Positions 1 through 8,092 of a stretch of 58,237 nucleotides of DNA are shown one piece after another. The translations under genes and the position numbers were made by a program. Numbering within the stretch: position 1 is the first letter of the stretch; each line of letters opens with the position of its first letter. Under the pieces are notes generated by a model. That model was not told the origin of the DNA. It saw only the letters and a program-made list of their open reading frames with translations, and did no database searches. The stretch covers positions 1 to 58,237 of the forward strand of contig CAYSNN010000001.1 of the NCBI GenBank assembly GCA_964432475.1. Reading direction: 5' to 3'. This DNA is from an uncultured Gammaproteobacteria bacterium. Lineage in GTDB: Bacteria; Patescibacteriota; Microgenomatia; Daviesbacterales; UBA10151.

Positions 1-160
1 GTTTAATTTTCAAGTCACTCCAATATCTTCGAGGAATGGTACTTCCAGTTAACACCTCTACTACATCGACAACGGAAAAGTACCACTTTTCTTGGTTCTG
101 ATCCCAGTGACGACGGATTCTTTTTCCTTCAAAAATTGCTATTTTGGATTTTTTTACCAC
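1..160 (-). CDS. partial CDS running off the left edge; N-terminus of a Bro-N/antirepressor-like DNA-binding protein
   Basis: Not in the ORF track (under 60 aa within the window). A minus-strand GTG at 160-158 follows an in-frame TAA at 172-170. It reads VVKKSKIAIFEGKRIRRHWDQNQEKWYFSVVDVVEVLTGSTIPRRYWSDLKIK to the window edge. The IRR.W...WYFSVVDV...YW pattern resembles Bro-N-type N-termini from memory. Confidence 0.4.
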   Translation of the reverse strand, partial: MVKKSKIAIFEGKRIRRHWDQNQEKWYFSVVDVVEVLTGSTIPRRYWSDLKIK

Positions 161-451
161 GACATCATTTTATCAGATTCTTAAATGGATAATAACCTGA
201 ATTTTTGCTATAGTAACGTTACCGAATGATCCCTGTGCCTGCCCGCCTCTGGAGGGGTGAAAGCACCTTTTTTTGGGAACAAGCGTTGGCACAAGTACAC
301 TTGTGATCGATCTCGGATGAGTTTTACTCTTCCTGCCACGGAGACCGATTTTATTCTTACTCTAGATTCTCCTCAATATCTCTTGATTTATTCAATAAAT
401 ATCTGCATACTTAAATTATTATGATAAGAAAGGAGGTGTATTTTATTCAAT

Positions 452-655
452 ATGAAGATACTTCCCGATAAGAAATTATTTTTAATTTCCTATGCAATAG
501 CATTTGTGCTTAACATAGGAACTTTTTTTAGAGTAGATGGTCTTCCTAAACTGTTGGGATGGCTATTGATAGACAATTTGATATACGCCATCATAGTCAT
601 GGTTGTATTAAGAATTGCAGTGTGGGTTGGCAAAAAGGCTGGTCTAGTTAAATGA
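452..655 (+). CDS. hypothetical small membrane protein (two predicted TM helices)
   Basis: 67-aa ORF with two hydrophobic stretches (LFLISYAIAFVLNIGTFF and LIYAIIVMVVLRIAVWV). AGGAGG at 431-436 lies about 15 nt upstream of the ATG. Confidence 0.45.
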   Translation: MKILPDKKLFLISYAIAFVLNIGTFFRVDGLPKLLGWLLIDNLIYAIIVMVVLRIAVWVGKKAGLVK

Positions 656-719
656 TTCAATACCCACACCTTTAACCTATCTATAAGCTAAAATTTAAGA
701 TATAATCCACTCTGCAACC

Positions 720-1004
720 ATGGTAAGCAGAAAATATGTTGTGCATATAAGTGGGGTAGGATTAGCGGTAGTTTTAACTATCTACGCTACAAGTTGTCAA
801 CCTCTTTTACCTTCTCAGACTACTCAAATAGCTCGACAATATGTTAATCCGGCATGTGTGGTACAGTCCTACAATATAGAAGTTCCTAAACTTCCTCAAA
901 ATCCTTATAGCACTCAACAACTTAACAATAGTGCTGTACTTGGTACACCAGCCAGTAATGTTAGCATTTCAGCCGTTTCAGGAACTCTAACACTACTTGG
1001 TTAA
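720..1004 (+). CDS. hypothetical secreted or lipoprotein-like small protein
   Basis: 94-aa ORF with an N-terminal hydrophobic segment ending ...TIYATSC, a weak lipobox-like Cys. The rest is Gln/Ser/Thr/Pro rich. No recognisable family. Confidence 0.35.
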   Translation: MVSRKYVVHISGVGLAVVLTIYATSCQPLLPSQTTQIARQYVNPACVVQSYNIEVPKLPQNPYSTQQLNNSAVLGTPASNVSISAVSGTLTLLG

Positions 1005-1169
1005 TAGATCATTTTATTAGTTACCTCAATGCATTCTTCTATAAGATAAGGTTCGACTCCGGTCTCCGGTATAAATCTCTTGAAGCTAGTAAAATTCCTT
1101 TTCAAAAGAAGGCTCGAACCCTTCGGCAGGCTCAGGGCTATAGCTGGAGAAAATCTTGCTTTGAAGGGT

Positions 1170-1198
1170 AAAAATGGAAGGTTTTTAAAAACCATTCC
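1170..1198 (-). terminator. hairpin plus T-run directly downstream of tRNA-Gly
   Basis: The minus strand reads GGAATGGTTTTTAAAAACCTTCC followed by ATTTTTA. The stem GGAA(T)GG pairs with CCTTCC, and the TTTTT/AAAAA loop extends it. Confidence 0.5.
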
Positions 1199-1202
1199 GG
1201 TC

Positions 1203-1277
1203 TGGAGCGGTGGAAGGGATTTGAACCCTCGACCTTCTCCTTGGGAAGGAGACATTCTACCACTGAACTACCACCGC
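1203..1277 (-). tRNA. tRNA-Gly (anticodon CCC), CCA encoded
   Basis: The reverse complement GCGGTGGTAGTTCAGTGGTAGAATGTCTCCTTCCCAAGGAGAAGGTCGAGGGTTCAAATCCCTTCCACCGCTCCA folds as a 75-nt cloverleaf. Acceptor is GCGGTGG/CCACCGC, anticodon arm TCTCC-TTCCCAA-GGAGA, T-arm GAGGG-TTCAAAT-CCCTT. Confidence 0.92.
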
Positions 1278-1325
1278 GTAGATGATATTTTACCAAATTC
1301 GTGGTATCTTATGGCTTAGTAAATT

Positions 1326-2057
1326 ATGTCATATAAATACCGCTCAAGACGATCAGTGAAAAAAATAGCCCACAAGAGTAAAAGGAACTTTATTCTCACG
1401 CTTGCCTTAGTTACCTTTATTCTTTATGCTACTCTAGCTTGGGTTCTCCCCTTTTTTATTACAGGGCTTGGATTTATAACCGGATCTCTCAAACCACCTC
1501 AAAAAGTAAACCCTGATATTACAGATAGTGCCACTCTTGCTCCACCTATTTTAAATATCCCTTATGAAGCAACAAGCACTGCTCAAATTAATGTTAAAGG
1601 GTATGCAACACCAAATGCCAAAGTTAAACTGTTTTTAGATGACGAAGTTATAGATACAGTGAGCATATCAGATAGCGGCGAGTTTGAAGTACGGGATCTA
1701 TCCTTAAGATTGGGAACAAACAACTTTTATGCAAAAGCTGTAGATGAAAAAGATCAAGAGAGCCTCCCCTCAAAAACAATAAAGGTAGTATACGATAACG
1801 AAAAACCGTCACTAACTTTAAATGAACCGGAAGACAATAAAACGATTCAGGGAGGAGATAAAAAGGTTAAGCTTTCAGGCAAAACAGAGGTAGGTATACA
1901 TATTTTTATAAATGACAGCCAGATTATTATAGATAATGACGGCAACTTTAGTACTGAGCAACCACTAAACGAAGGAGATAATAACTTCAATATCAAGGCA
2001 GTAGATCAAGCGTCTAATTCTGTTGAAATCTCAAGAAAAGTCACTTACTCTCCTTAA
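1326..2057 (+). CDS. membrane-anchored protein with two Ig-like beta-rich repeats
   Basis: Basic N-terminus plus a TM (FILTLALVTFILYATLAWVLPFFI). Two similar modules follow, ending NNFYAKAVDEKDQES and NNFNIKAVDQASNS, as in bacterial Ig-like repeats. Confidence 0.6.
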   Translation: MSYKYRSRRSVKKIAHKSKRNFILTLALVTFILYATLAWVLPFFITGLGFITGSLKPPQKVNPDITDSATLAPPILNIPYEATSTAQINVKGYATPNAKVKLFLDDEVIDTVSISDSGEFEVRDLSLRLGTNNFYAKAVDEKDQESLPSKTIKVVYDNEKPSLTLNEPEDNKTIQGGDKKVKLSGKTEVGIHIFINDSQIIIDNDGNFSTEQPLNEGDNNFNIKAVDQASNSVEISRKVTYSP

Positions 2058-3118
2058 GACACCCAGTAACCATTGATAAACAAAATTGCATAAACACTAA
2101 GCAACATTAAAGATATAAATTGATAAAATGTTATTAAATATTGGTTTTTTATAAAACTTAAAACGATAAATATTGGAAAAATTGTTAACAGATATCTAGG
2201 TAAGGCAACAATTGTTGGGGAGAAAAAGGGTAATACTAAAGAAACTATGCTAAATATTGTATAGTCCAAACTTAATTTTTTTGAAACTTTTATAACCATT
2301 AAAATTCCGAAGGTTGCAAATAAAAAATCCAGCAAATTCCTAAAATTGTTAACAATAAAATTTGGTGTAAGTAACTGTTTAAGACTATATAAAAATGAAG
2401 ACCCCGGAATAACCAGTCCACCTTGCCAAAAATGCGATTCAGCCTGGATAAAATAAAAGGGATCGCCAGTCCGGTTATATAGATAATAACAATATAGTAA
2501 AAATCCTACTGGAGACAGTAGTACAAACCAATTTTTCCTATTTATTTTTTCTGTTAAAAGAATCGAAAAAATCAAACTTAAAACTATTGCTAAACCGGAA
2601 AGTCTTGTGGCAGATGCTAAGCTTGCTGTAATTGTTGCTAGAAAAAGTTTCCTCTTCCTCATGAATAAAAATGTTGTAATAACCAATAAAAGAAATAGAC
2701 TTTCACTATAGACTGTTAGAAAATGAAAGGATAATGGGAAAGATAGAAACATCAGTAACACCTTTGGTGCAAAAACTTTACCAAAATCTAAGGAAACTAA
2801 TTGATATAGGGAGTTTATTGCCAGCAGGGTACTTATAAGACTAATCAGTAGCCCTGCTGTTAGAAAATCTCCGGTTATCCTACTGACTAAATTAATAAAT
2901 AATGGGAAAAGAGGAAAAAATACATATTGGGAATTTATAGCATAACTATTTTGGGCAATTCCCAAATAGTGTCCCCCATCCCAATTTGCTAAGTTTCTTA
3001 AAAAATTACCTGGGAATAAGTCTGTACGGGGAATTGATGAAAACCCAAAGTAAAGTAATACAAATATTGATATTGCCCAAATACTAAAAATTAAAGTTGC
3101 ACTGGAGTATAATTTCAT
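2054..3118 (-). CDS. polytopic GT-C-type glycosyltransferase, PIG-V/mannosyltransferase-like
   Basis: 354 aa with about 9 hydrophobic helices. The motif NWDGGHYLGIAQNSY resembles the WD..Y..IA..GY signature of PIG-V-like mannosyltransferases. Confidence 0.6.
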   Translation of the reverse strand: MKLYSSATLIFSIWAISIFVLLYFGFSSIPRTDLFPGNFLRNLANWDGGHYLGIAQNSYAINSQYVFFPLFPLFINLVSRITGDFLTAGLLISLISTLLAINSLYQLVSLDFGKVFAPKVLLMFLSFPLSFHFLTVYSESLFLLLVITTFLFMRKRKLFLATITASLASATRLSGLAIVLSLIFSILLTEKINRKNWFVLLSPVGFLLYCYYLYNRTGDPFYFIQAESHFWQGGLVIPGSSFLYSLKQLLTPNFIVNNFRNLLDFLFATFGILMVIKVSKKLSLDYTIFSIVSLVLPFFSPTIVALPRYLLTIFPIFIVLSFIKNQYLITFYQFISLMLLSVYAILFINGYWVS

Positions 3119-3119
3119 A

Positions 3120-4271
3120 ATGACTCTTTTATCTCCTCTTTTGGTTATATCGATTTTAGCAGGTCAACTCATCAAGATTCCACTTGTAAATAGTTTAGGT
3201 CCTACATTGCTTGATTTTTACATCACATTAACTTGTCTTGTAGGACTGATTAGTTTGAAGTTTAAGCTCAAAAAGCCTCCCCTTTTTATAATTTTTGGAC
3301 TTCTATTTATACTTACCGGAACACTTTCGCTTGTGCTTACCCCACTACAGTTGAAATCTTCCGAATATATTTTAAGCTTTTCTTATATAATCAGATTTTC
3401 CCAAATCTTACTTTTCAGTTGGCTTATTTTTTCAAAAGCTTTTGAAAAATTTAAAGTGCAAATCTACAGTACACTTGTTATGTCGGGAATAGGACTTGCT
3501 GTTTTGGGACTGCTACAACTTATTGTAATTCCTGATTTGCAATTTTTATCAAGATACGGCTGGGACCCTCATTATTTTAGAACAGTTTCTACTTTTTTAG
3601 ACCCAAATTTTGTCGGAGCATATTTTGTATTAACACTTATTTTGCTATTTCATAAATTCCCCATTCAGAAAAAGTGGTTGATGCTTGCTACATCTGTGGT
3701 ATCTCTTGCTCTCCTGACAACCTTTTCAAGAAGCAGTTATCTAATGTTTTTAATAAGCGGCTTAACATTTTCTTTTCTTGAAAAATCTCTCAAGCTCATT
3801 ATAGTTACAATCTTACTTTTCATTTTTCTAATAATTGGTTTTCAAATATATGCCCAGCAAGTAACTAAACCCAGAAATATTGACAGAGCTCAATCAGCAT
3901 CTTTTCGCTTTAGTAGCTGGCAGCAAGGTTTGACTATTTTCCAAATATCTCCAATTTTAGGAGTAGGTTTTAACAGTTATAGATATGCAATAAGAGATTA
4001 TAATTTAGCTGATCTGAGCTTTTTAGAAAGCCACGGATCAACAAGCAATGATTCGAGTTTGCTTTCAGTACTGGCAACAACCGGCGTAATCGGTCTATTT
4101 TTCTATCTGCTGTTTTTTATAGCACTGATAAAAGAATCACTTATCAGGAAAAATTTTGCTCTTACTGCAGGGCTTGCGGGACTTATCATTCATAGTTTTT
4201 TCGCAAATAGCCTTTTTTTTCCGGCTATCTTTATTTGGATAATGATTAAAGCGCCTGATATAAAAGGTTAA
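3120..4271 (+). CDS. O-antigen ligase/polymerase-like (Wzy_C family) membrane protein
   Basis: 383 aa and multi-TM. The TTFSRSSYLMFLISGL segment, the following loop (RNIDRAQSASFRFSSWQQG...GVGFNSY) and the C-terminal TMs fit the Wzy_C pattern. Confidence 0.65.
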   Translation: MTLLSPLLVISILAGQLIKIPLVNSLGPTLLDFYITLTCLVGLISLKFKLKKPPLFIIFGLLFILTGTLSLVLTPLQLKSSEYILSFSYIIRFSQILLFSWLIFSKAFEKFKVQIYSTLVMSGIGLAVLGLLQLIVIPDLQFLSRYGWDPHYFRTVSTFLDPNFVGAYFVLTLILLFHKFPIQKKWLMLATSVVSLALLTTFSRSSYLMFLISGLTFSFLEKSLKLIIVTILLFIFLIIGFQIYAQQVTKPRNIDRAQSASFRFSSWQQGLTIFQISPILGVGFNSYRYAIRDYNLADLSFLESHGSTSNDSSLLSVLATTGVIGLFFYLLFFIALIKESLIRKNFALTAGLAGLIIHSFFANSLFFPAIFIWIMIKAPDIKG

Positions 4272-5364
4272 GCTTCTTTACAGATTTTTGCCAGGAAAAT
4301 TTCTTTAAATGAACAAATCCTTTGTTTATCAATGTTTTCCTTAGTTCTGAATCTTCTATTTTTATCAAAGCATCTGTCAAACTTTCTAACCTCTCGGGGT
4401 TAATATAAATCACAGCCTCTCCCCCTGCTTCAACTAATGAAGAATTTTTTGAACAGATTACCGGCACTCCTTGGGACAATGCTTCGAGTACCGGAATTCC
4501 AAAGCCTTCATAAGTTGATGGGTACACAAAACAAAAAGCTTGACGATAAATTTGTGGTAAGTCCTCATCTGGTATAAAACCTGTTGCAATAATTTTGTCA
4601 CGATTTTTATGAATTAATTCAAACAGCTCGCTACTTTCCCATCCTCTAATCCCAACCAGAACCAATTTTCTTTTTGTATTACTTTTTAAATATGCTTCTA
4701 TTAAGATTTTTATATTCTTTCTTGGTTCCAAAGTTCCAACCGATAAAATATATCCGTTTTCTAAATTGTACTTTGTCAATATTTCTTTTCCTTGGCCTAT
4801 TTTTTTAAAAAAGTTTTCCGAAACAGCCGGATAAATCACTTCTACTTTTTTCCCAGGAGCAAATTTTAAAAAATCATCTTTCGTACTTTCGGAAATTGCT
4901 ATCACCAAATCTGCTTTTTGTTTTATCCTCTCTAGTCTTACTTTTTCAAGTTGTATTGTTTTTGGCAAGTGAAATTTTGGGAAAAGCTGTGGGGTTAAAT
5001 CATAAATTGTTGCAACTCGTTTACCAAACTGCTGTGGAGGTAAATACCAATTAAAAGAATGAGAGATATCTACCTTACCAACAAAACTCTCAATAGGCGG
5101 CCAGTTTATTTTTTGCCAGAGTAAAAAAGCAGTCCTGAATGCACGGGCACTCAAACGATTAACTTTTATCTCTACATTAGGATAACTTTTAAAGGGGAGA
5201 TTTTTTAGATACTCAAAAGTTTCAAAAGTGGAAATTCCAAAAAGAATAAACCTATCGCTAATGTTTAATTTCAGCAGTGCATCAATTAAATTGTAACAGT
5301 AGACTGCAATACCTGTTTTTTGTTTGTCATTTAAAACCGATATATCCAAACCTATCGTTTTCAT
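4246..5364 (-). CDS. glycosyltransferase family 4 (GT-B, retaining)
   Basis: The E-x7-E region YPSTYEGFGIPVLEALSQGVPVICS is present. The 372-aa size is typical. Confidence 0.85.
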   Translation of the reverse strand: MKTIGLDISVLNDKQKTGIAVYCYNLIDALLKLNISDRFILFGISTFETFEYLKNLPFKSYPNVEIKVNRLSARAFRTAFLLWQKINWPPIESFVGKVDISHSFNWYLPPQQFGKRVATIYDLTPQLFPKFHLPKTIQLEKVRLERIKQKADLVIAISESTKDDFLKFAPGKKVEVIYPAVSENFFKKIGQGKEILTKYNLENGYILSVGTLEPRKNIKILIEAYLKSNTKRKLVLVGIRGWESSELFELIHKNRDKIIATGFIPDEDLPQIYRQAFCFVYPSTYEGFGIPVLEALSQGVPVICSKNSSLVEAGGEAVIYINPERLESLTDALIKIEDSELRKTLINKGFVHLKKFSWQKSVKKLNLLYQAL

Positions 5365-5369
5365 ACTTA

Positions 5370-6047
5370 TTATTTATCAAAAACTGCAAATACTTCTGTA
5401 TGATAAATCGTTTTTGGTAATATTAAAAAAACCAATTTTCTTACGATTTTTATTAAGATTTGAGGTGCCCTAAAAAGCGATAAAAAGATAGTTTCATTAT
5501 ATAAAGGATGAACAGATTTTATAAGTTTCAGTCTTAATCCTGCATCTTTTGCCAAACCCTGGATGCCTTTTTCTGTGTATTCTCTTTGGTGAGACTTATC
5601 TAAGTAATGTCTAAAAATTACTCCGCTTTGCTCAAGCTTTGAATCAACTGTTTTAGGAACAATTACCAAAATTCTTTTCTTTGTTACCCTTTTTGCCTCT
5701 GCTAAGATTTTTTTATCATCCCCATGCTCTAGAATATCAAATAAAAACGTTGTATCGAACTGTTTTTCTACAAAAGGTAAACTATCAGCTTTGGCTTTAA
5801 TAAAATTACCTTTTTTTGTCTTTTTTGCTTTTTCAATAAATTGGTTAACAAAATCTACTCCCGTAACATTAAATCCTAACAAACTAAGATAATCTACATA
5901 TGCTCCGGTTCCACAACCAATATCTAGGATACTTTTACCTTTGATAAACTTTTTAAGTAACAAAATCCTCTCTTTATCTAAATGGGAATCATCTGCCCAT
6001 CCCGATTTGGAAGCAAAGTCTGTATAGTATTTAGCCGACTTAATCAT
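5370..6047 (-). CDS. class I SAM-dependent methyltransferase
   Basis: Motif I is ILDIGCGTGAY, followed by VTGVDF and FDTTFLFDILEHG. Confidence 0.8.
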   Translation of the reverse strand: MIKSAKYYTDFASKSGWADDSHLDKERILLLKKFIKGKSILDIGCGTGAYVDYLSLLGFNVTGVDFVNQFIEKAKKTKKGNFIKAKADSLPFVEKQFDTTFLFDILEHGDDKKILAEAKRVTKKRILVIVPKTVDSKLEQSGVIFRHYLDKSHQREYTEKGIQGLAKDAGLRLKLIKSVHPLYNETIFLSLFRAPQILIKIVRKLVFLILPKTIYHTEVFAVFDK

Positions 6048-7269
6048 TTGAGGAAATTGATCTGTTTATAAACAAGAAAAGTAATCCCGTACTTAGAATG
6101 TCAGAAAAAACAGTTATCCAGGATGCAGCAATAAAACCATATTTAGGGATAAAGAACAAATTTGCGAAAATATTAAAACTTAGAGGAATTAAAGAAAATA
6201 ATATAACTTGTTTTAAATACTTATCCGATGAAAGCAAAACAGATGAGGCTGGTACATGAATAAACATGAAAGGAATTGCCAAAGAAAGTATCTGTATAAC
6301 TGCAATTGCAGGAAGATAATTTGGTAAAAATGTTCTAATTATCAAAGGTACAAAGAAAATAAAAACTGCTGTTATAAAAACTCCAAGCAAAAACATAAGT
6401 TTTGTGCTTTTTGCCAAAAGCTTTCTGATTTCTGAAGGATTATTTTTATGAAGATCTACAAATCGGGGGAAAAGGGCAAAACTTAAAGCATTAGGGATAA
6501 AAACTAAACTTTCCAAAAACTTGTATCCGGCTGCATAAATACCTGTCTCAAAATTTCCCTTAATATATGACAGTAAAACTGTATCAATTCTAAAATACAA
6601 TAGACCAAGTATGGCAAGCAGTCCATAAGGAAGCGACCCCCACAAAGCTTCTTTTAAAATAGACATCTTAACTTTTGATAATTTTATGCCAAAGGTAAGA
6701 AAAAGCAAAAATATTAAAACAACTGCAAAAATAAACTGACCAAAAATCACTGCATTAACTGCCCCAAAAACTGCAAATCCTTTACTAATAAGTATTAGTC
6801 CTAAAATTGCTGTTGAAATACTGGCAACAAAAGCTCCAACAGCAGAAAATTGTAATTTCTTTAAGGCTACAAATATTCCATCAAAAGTCACGGCAACAGC
6901 CTGAGGAAAAACCGCCAAAGCGGCAACCAGTATAATACTCACTCTCATCTTATCCGGATCAAAGAAATATAAAACAACCGAAAACACTGCAAAAAAGATT
7001 GAAATTAAAGTAAGCCGTAACATTAAAATATTACAGACTAACTCCCATGTCCTGGATCTTTCTTTTGCAACCTCACGAATTAAAAATCTGTTAAATCCAA
7101 AATCTGCCAAAGAAGAAATTATGGAAAAGTATGCAAGAGCCAAGGAATACAAACCAAAATCTAGAACTCCTAAACTTCTTGCTAAAAAAATTGTATAAAA
7201 AAACCCGATAATTCTTGTAACTACTTGAGCCACCAGCAACCAAGAAGTTTGCCTTAAAATCCCCTGCAT
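6040..7269 (-). CDS. Wzx-like polysaccharide flippase (MOP superfamily)
   Basis: 409 aa with about 12 TM helices and the N-terminus LVAQVVTRIIGFFYTIFLARSLG, typical of polysaccharide biosynthesis/Wzx proteins. Confidence 0.75.
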   Translation of the reverse strand: MQGILRQTSWLLVAQVVTRIIGFFYTIFLARSLGVLDFGLYSLALAYFSIISSLADFGFNRFLIREVAKERSRTWELVCNILMLRLTLISIFFAVFSVVLYFFDPDKMRVSIILVAALAVFPQAVAVTFDGIFVALKKLQFSAVGAFVASISTAILGLILISKGFAVFGAVNAVIFGQFIFAVVLIFLLFLTFGIKLSKVKMSILKEALWGSLPYGLLAILGLLYFRIDTVLLSYIKGNFETGIYAAGYKFLESLVFIPNALSFALFPRFVDLHKNNPSEIRKLLAKSTKLMFLLGVFITAVFIFFVPLIIRTFLPNYLPAIAVIQILSLAIPFMFIHVPASSVLLSSDKYLKQVILFSLIPLSFNIFANLFFIPKYGFIAASWITVFSDILSTGLLFLFINRSISSND

Positions 7270-7275
7270 TAATAA

Positions 7276-7284
7276 ATTGTATCA
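7276..7284 (-). promoter_or_regulatory. extended -10 box (TGATACAAT) 6 nt upstream of the wzx-like ATG
   Basis: The minus strand reads CTTCTGATACAAT-TTATTA-ATG. There is no Shine-Dalgarno between the box and the start. Confidence 0.4.
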
Positions 7285-7303
7285 GAAGTAATAACTACGC
7301 GCT

Positions 7304-7342
7304 ACCCACCCCAGGTGTGTCGTAGCCTGACACCTAAGGATA
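7304..7342 (+). repeat. REP-like 39-nt GC-rich hairpin element, copy A
   Basis: ACCCACCCCAGGTGTGTCGTAGCCTGACACCTAAGGATA. It is near-identical to the copies at 13545 and 25593. Hairpin is GTGTC-[GTAGCCT]-GACAC. Confidence 0.8.
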
Positions 7343-7362
7343 AGGTAGCTTTGCATATGATG

Positions 7363-7434
7363 TGGACGACGTTGGGATTGAACCAACGGCCTCCTCGATG
7401 TGAACGAGGCGCTCTACCGCTGAGCTAGTCGTCC
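7363..7434 (-). tRNA. tRNA-Val (anticodon CAC), CCA not encoded
   Basis: The reverse complement GGACGACTAGCTCAGCGGTAGAGCGCCTCGTTCACATCGAGGAGGCCGTTGGTTCAATCCCAACGTCGTCCA folds as a 72-nt cloverleaf. Anticodon arm is CCTCG-TTCACAT-CGAGG, T-arm GTTGG-TTCAATC-CCAAC. Confidence 0.92.
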
Positions 7435-7462
7435 CGGCTTTCCTATTCTAACATTCGTACTC

Positions 7463-7492
7463 TTGCATCTCAAGCTCAAATTCTGCGATAAT
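7463..7492 (+). promoter_or_regulatory. candidate lepB promoter (TTGCAT-N18-TGcGATAAT)
   Basis: -35 TTGCAT at 7463-7468 and extended -10 TGCGATAAT at 7484-7492. Only 7 nt separate the box from the GTG start at 7500. Confidence 0.45.
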
Positions 7493-7499
7493 AAGACTC

Positions 7500-8090
7500 G
7501 TGGATCCAAATACTCTATACGATTATCAGCCCCAGCAAAAAGGGTTCTTTGAAAACTTAGGCTCTCATGTTATTGATTTCATTGAAACGCTAGTTGTATT
7601 TGGTGCTGTTTTTGCTCTAATTTATCTTTTTGTTGCTCAATTTCATAAAGTTTCCGGTAATTCCATGTTTCCAACTATGCATGATGGAGACTATCTAATA
7701 ACAGAAAAAATTAGCTACAGACTTGGAGAACCCAAAAGGGGAGAAATAGTTGTTTTGAAAAACCCCAGAAATGAATCTCAGGATTTTATAAAAAGAATTA
7801 TTGCTATACCGGGAGATACAATAGGAATAGAAAGAAACTCTGTTTTTGTAAATGGAGGTCTCATCCCCGAAAAATATCTTCCTCTTAACACACCAACCCA
7901 TGCAGGAGCATTTATAACAGAAGGAAACTCAATCAAAGCCGGGCCCAATCAATATTTTGTTATAGGAGATAATCGTAATCACTCATCCGACTCAAGAGAA
8001 TGGGGACCTGTTACCAAAAAAGAGATTATAGGAAGAGCTTTATTTAGGTATTGGCCACCCCAGAGTATTGGTCTTTTGACCAACAAATAA
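7500..8090 (+). CDS. lepB: signal peptidase I
   Basis: Ser box GNSMFPTMHDGD, Lys box FIKRIIAIPGD and GDNRNHSSDSREWG are present. N-terminal TM and GTG start. Confidence 0.92.
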   Translation: MDPNTLYDYQPQQKGFFENLGSHVIDFIETLVVFGAVFALIYLFVAQFHKVSGNSMFPTMHDGDYLITEKISYRLGEPKRGEIVVLKNPRNESQDFIKRIIAIPGDTIGIERNSVFVNGGLIPEKYLPLNTPTHAGAFITEGNSIKAGPNQYFVIGDNRNHSSDSREWGPVTKKEIIGRALFRYWPPQSIGLLTNK

Positions 8091-8092
8091 CA

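Noticed and set aside
1101-1165. A tRNA-like element on the minus strand next to tRNA-Gly. It has the T-arm-like hairpin GAAGG-GTTCGAG-CCTTC closed by a 7-bp acceptor-like helix TTCAAAG/TTTTGAA.
   Set aside because: Only 34 nt lie between the acceptor and T stems. No credible D-arm or anticodon arm can be drawn, and its 3' half does not match tRNA-Gly, so it is not an att duplication. It is more simply a second hairpin plus TTTT terminator, or a decayed tRNA fragment.
1001-1319. Track ORFs 1001-1255 (-) and 1080-1319 (+).
   Set aside because: Both run straight through the tRNA-Gly gene and its terminator hairpins, have no RBS and give low-complexity translations. They are spurious.
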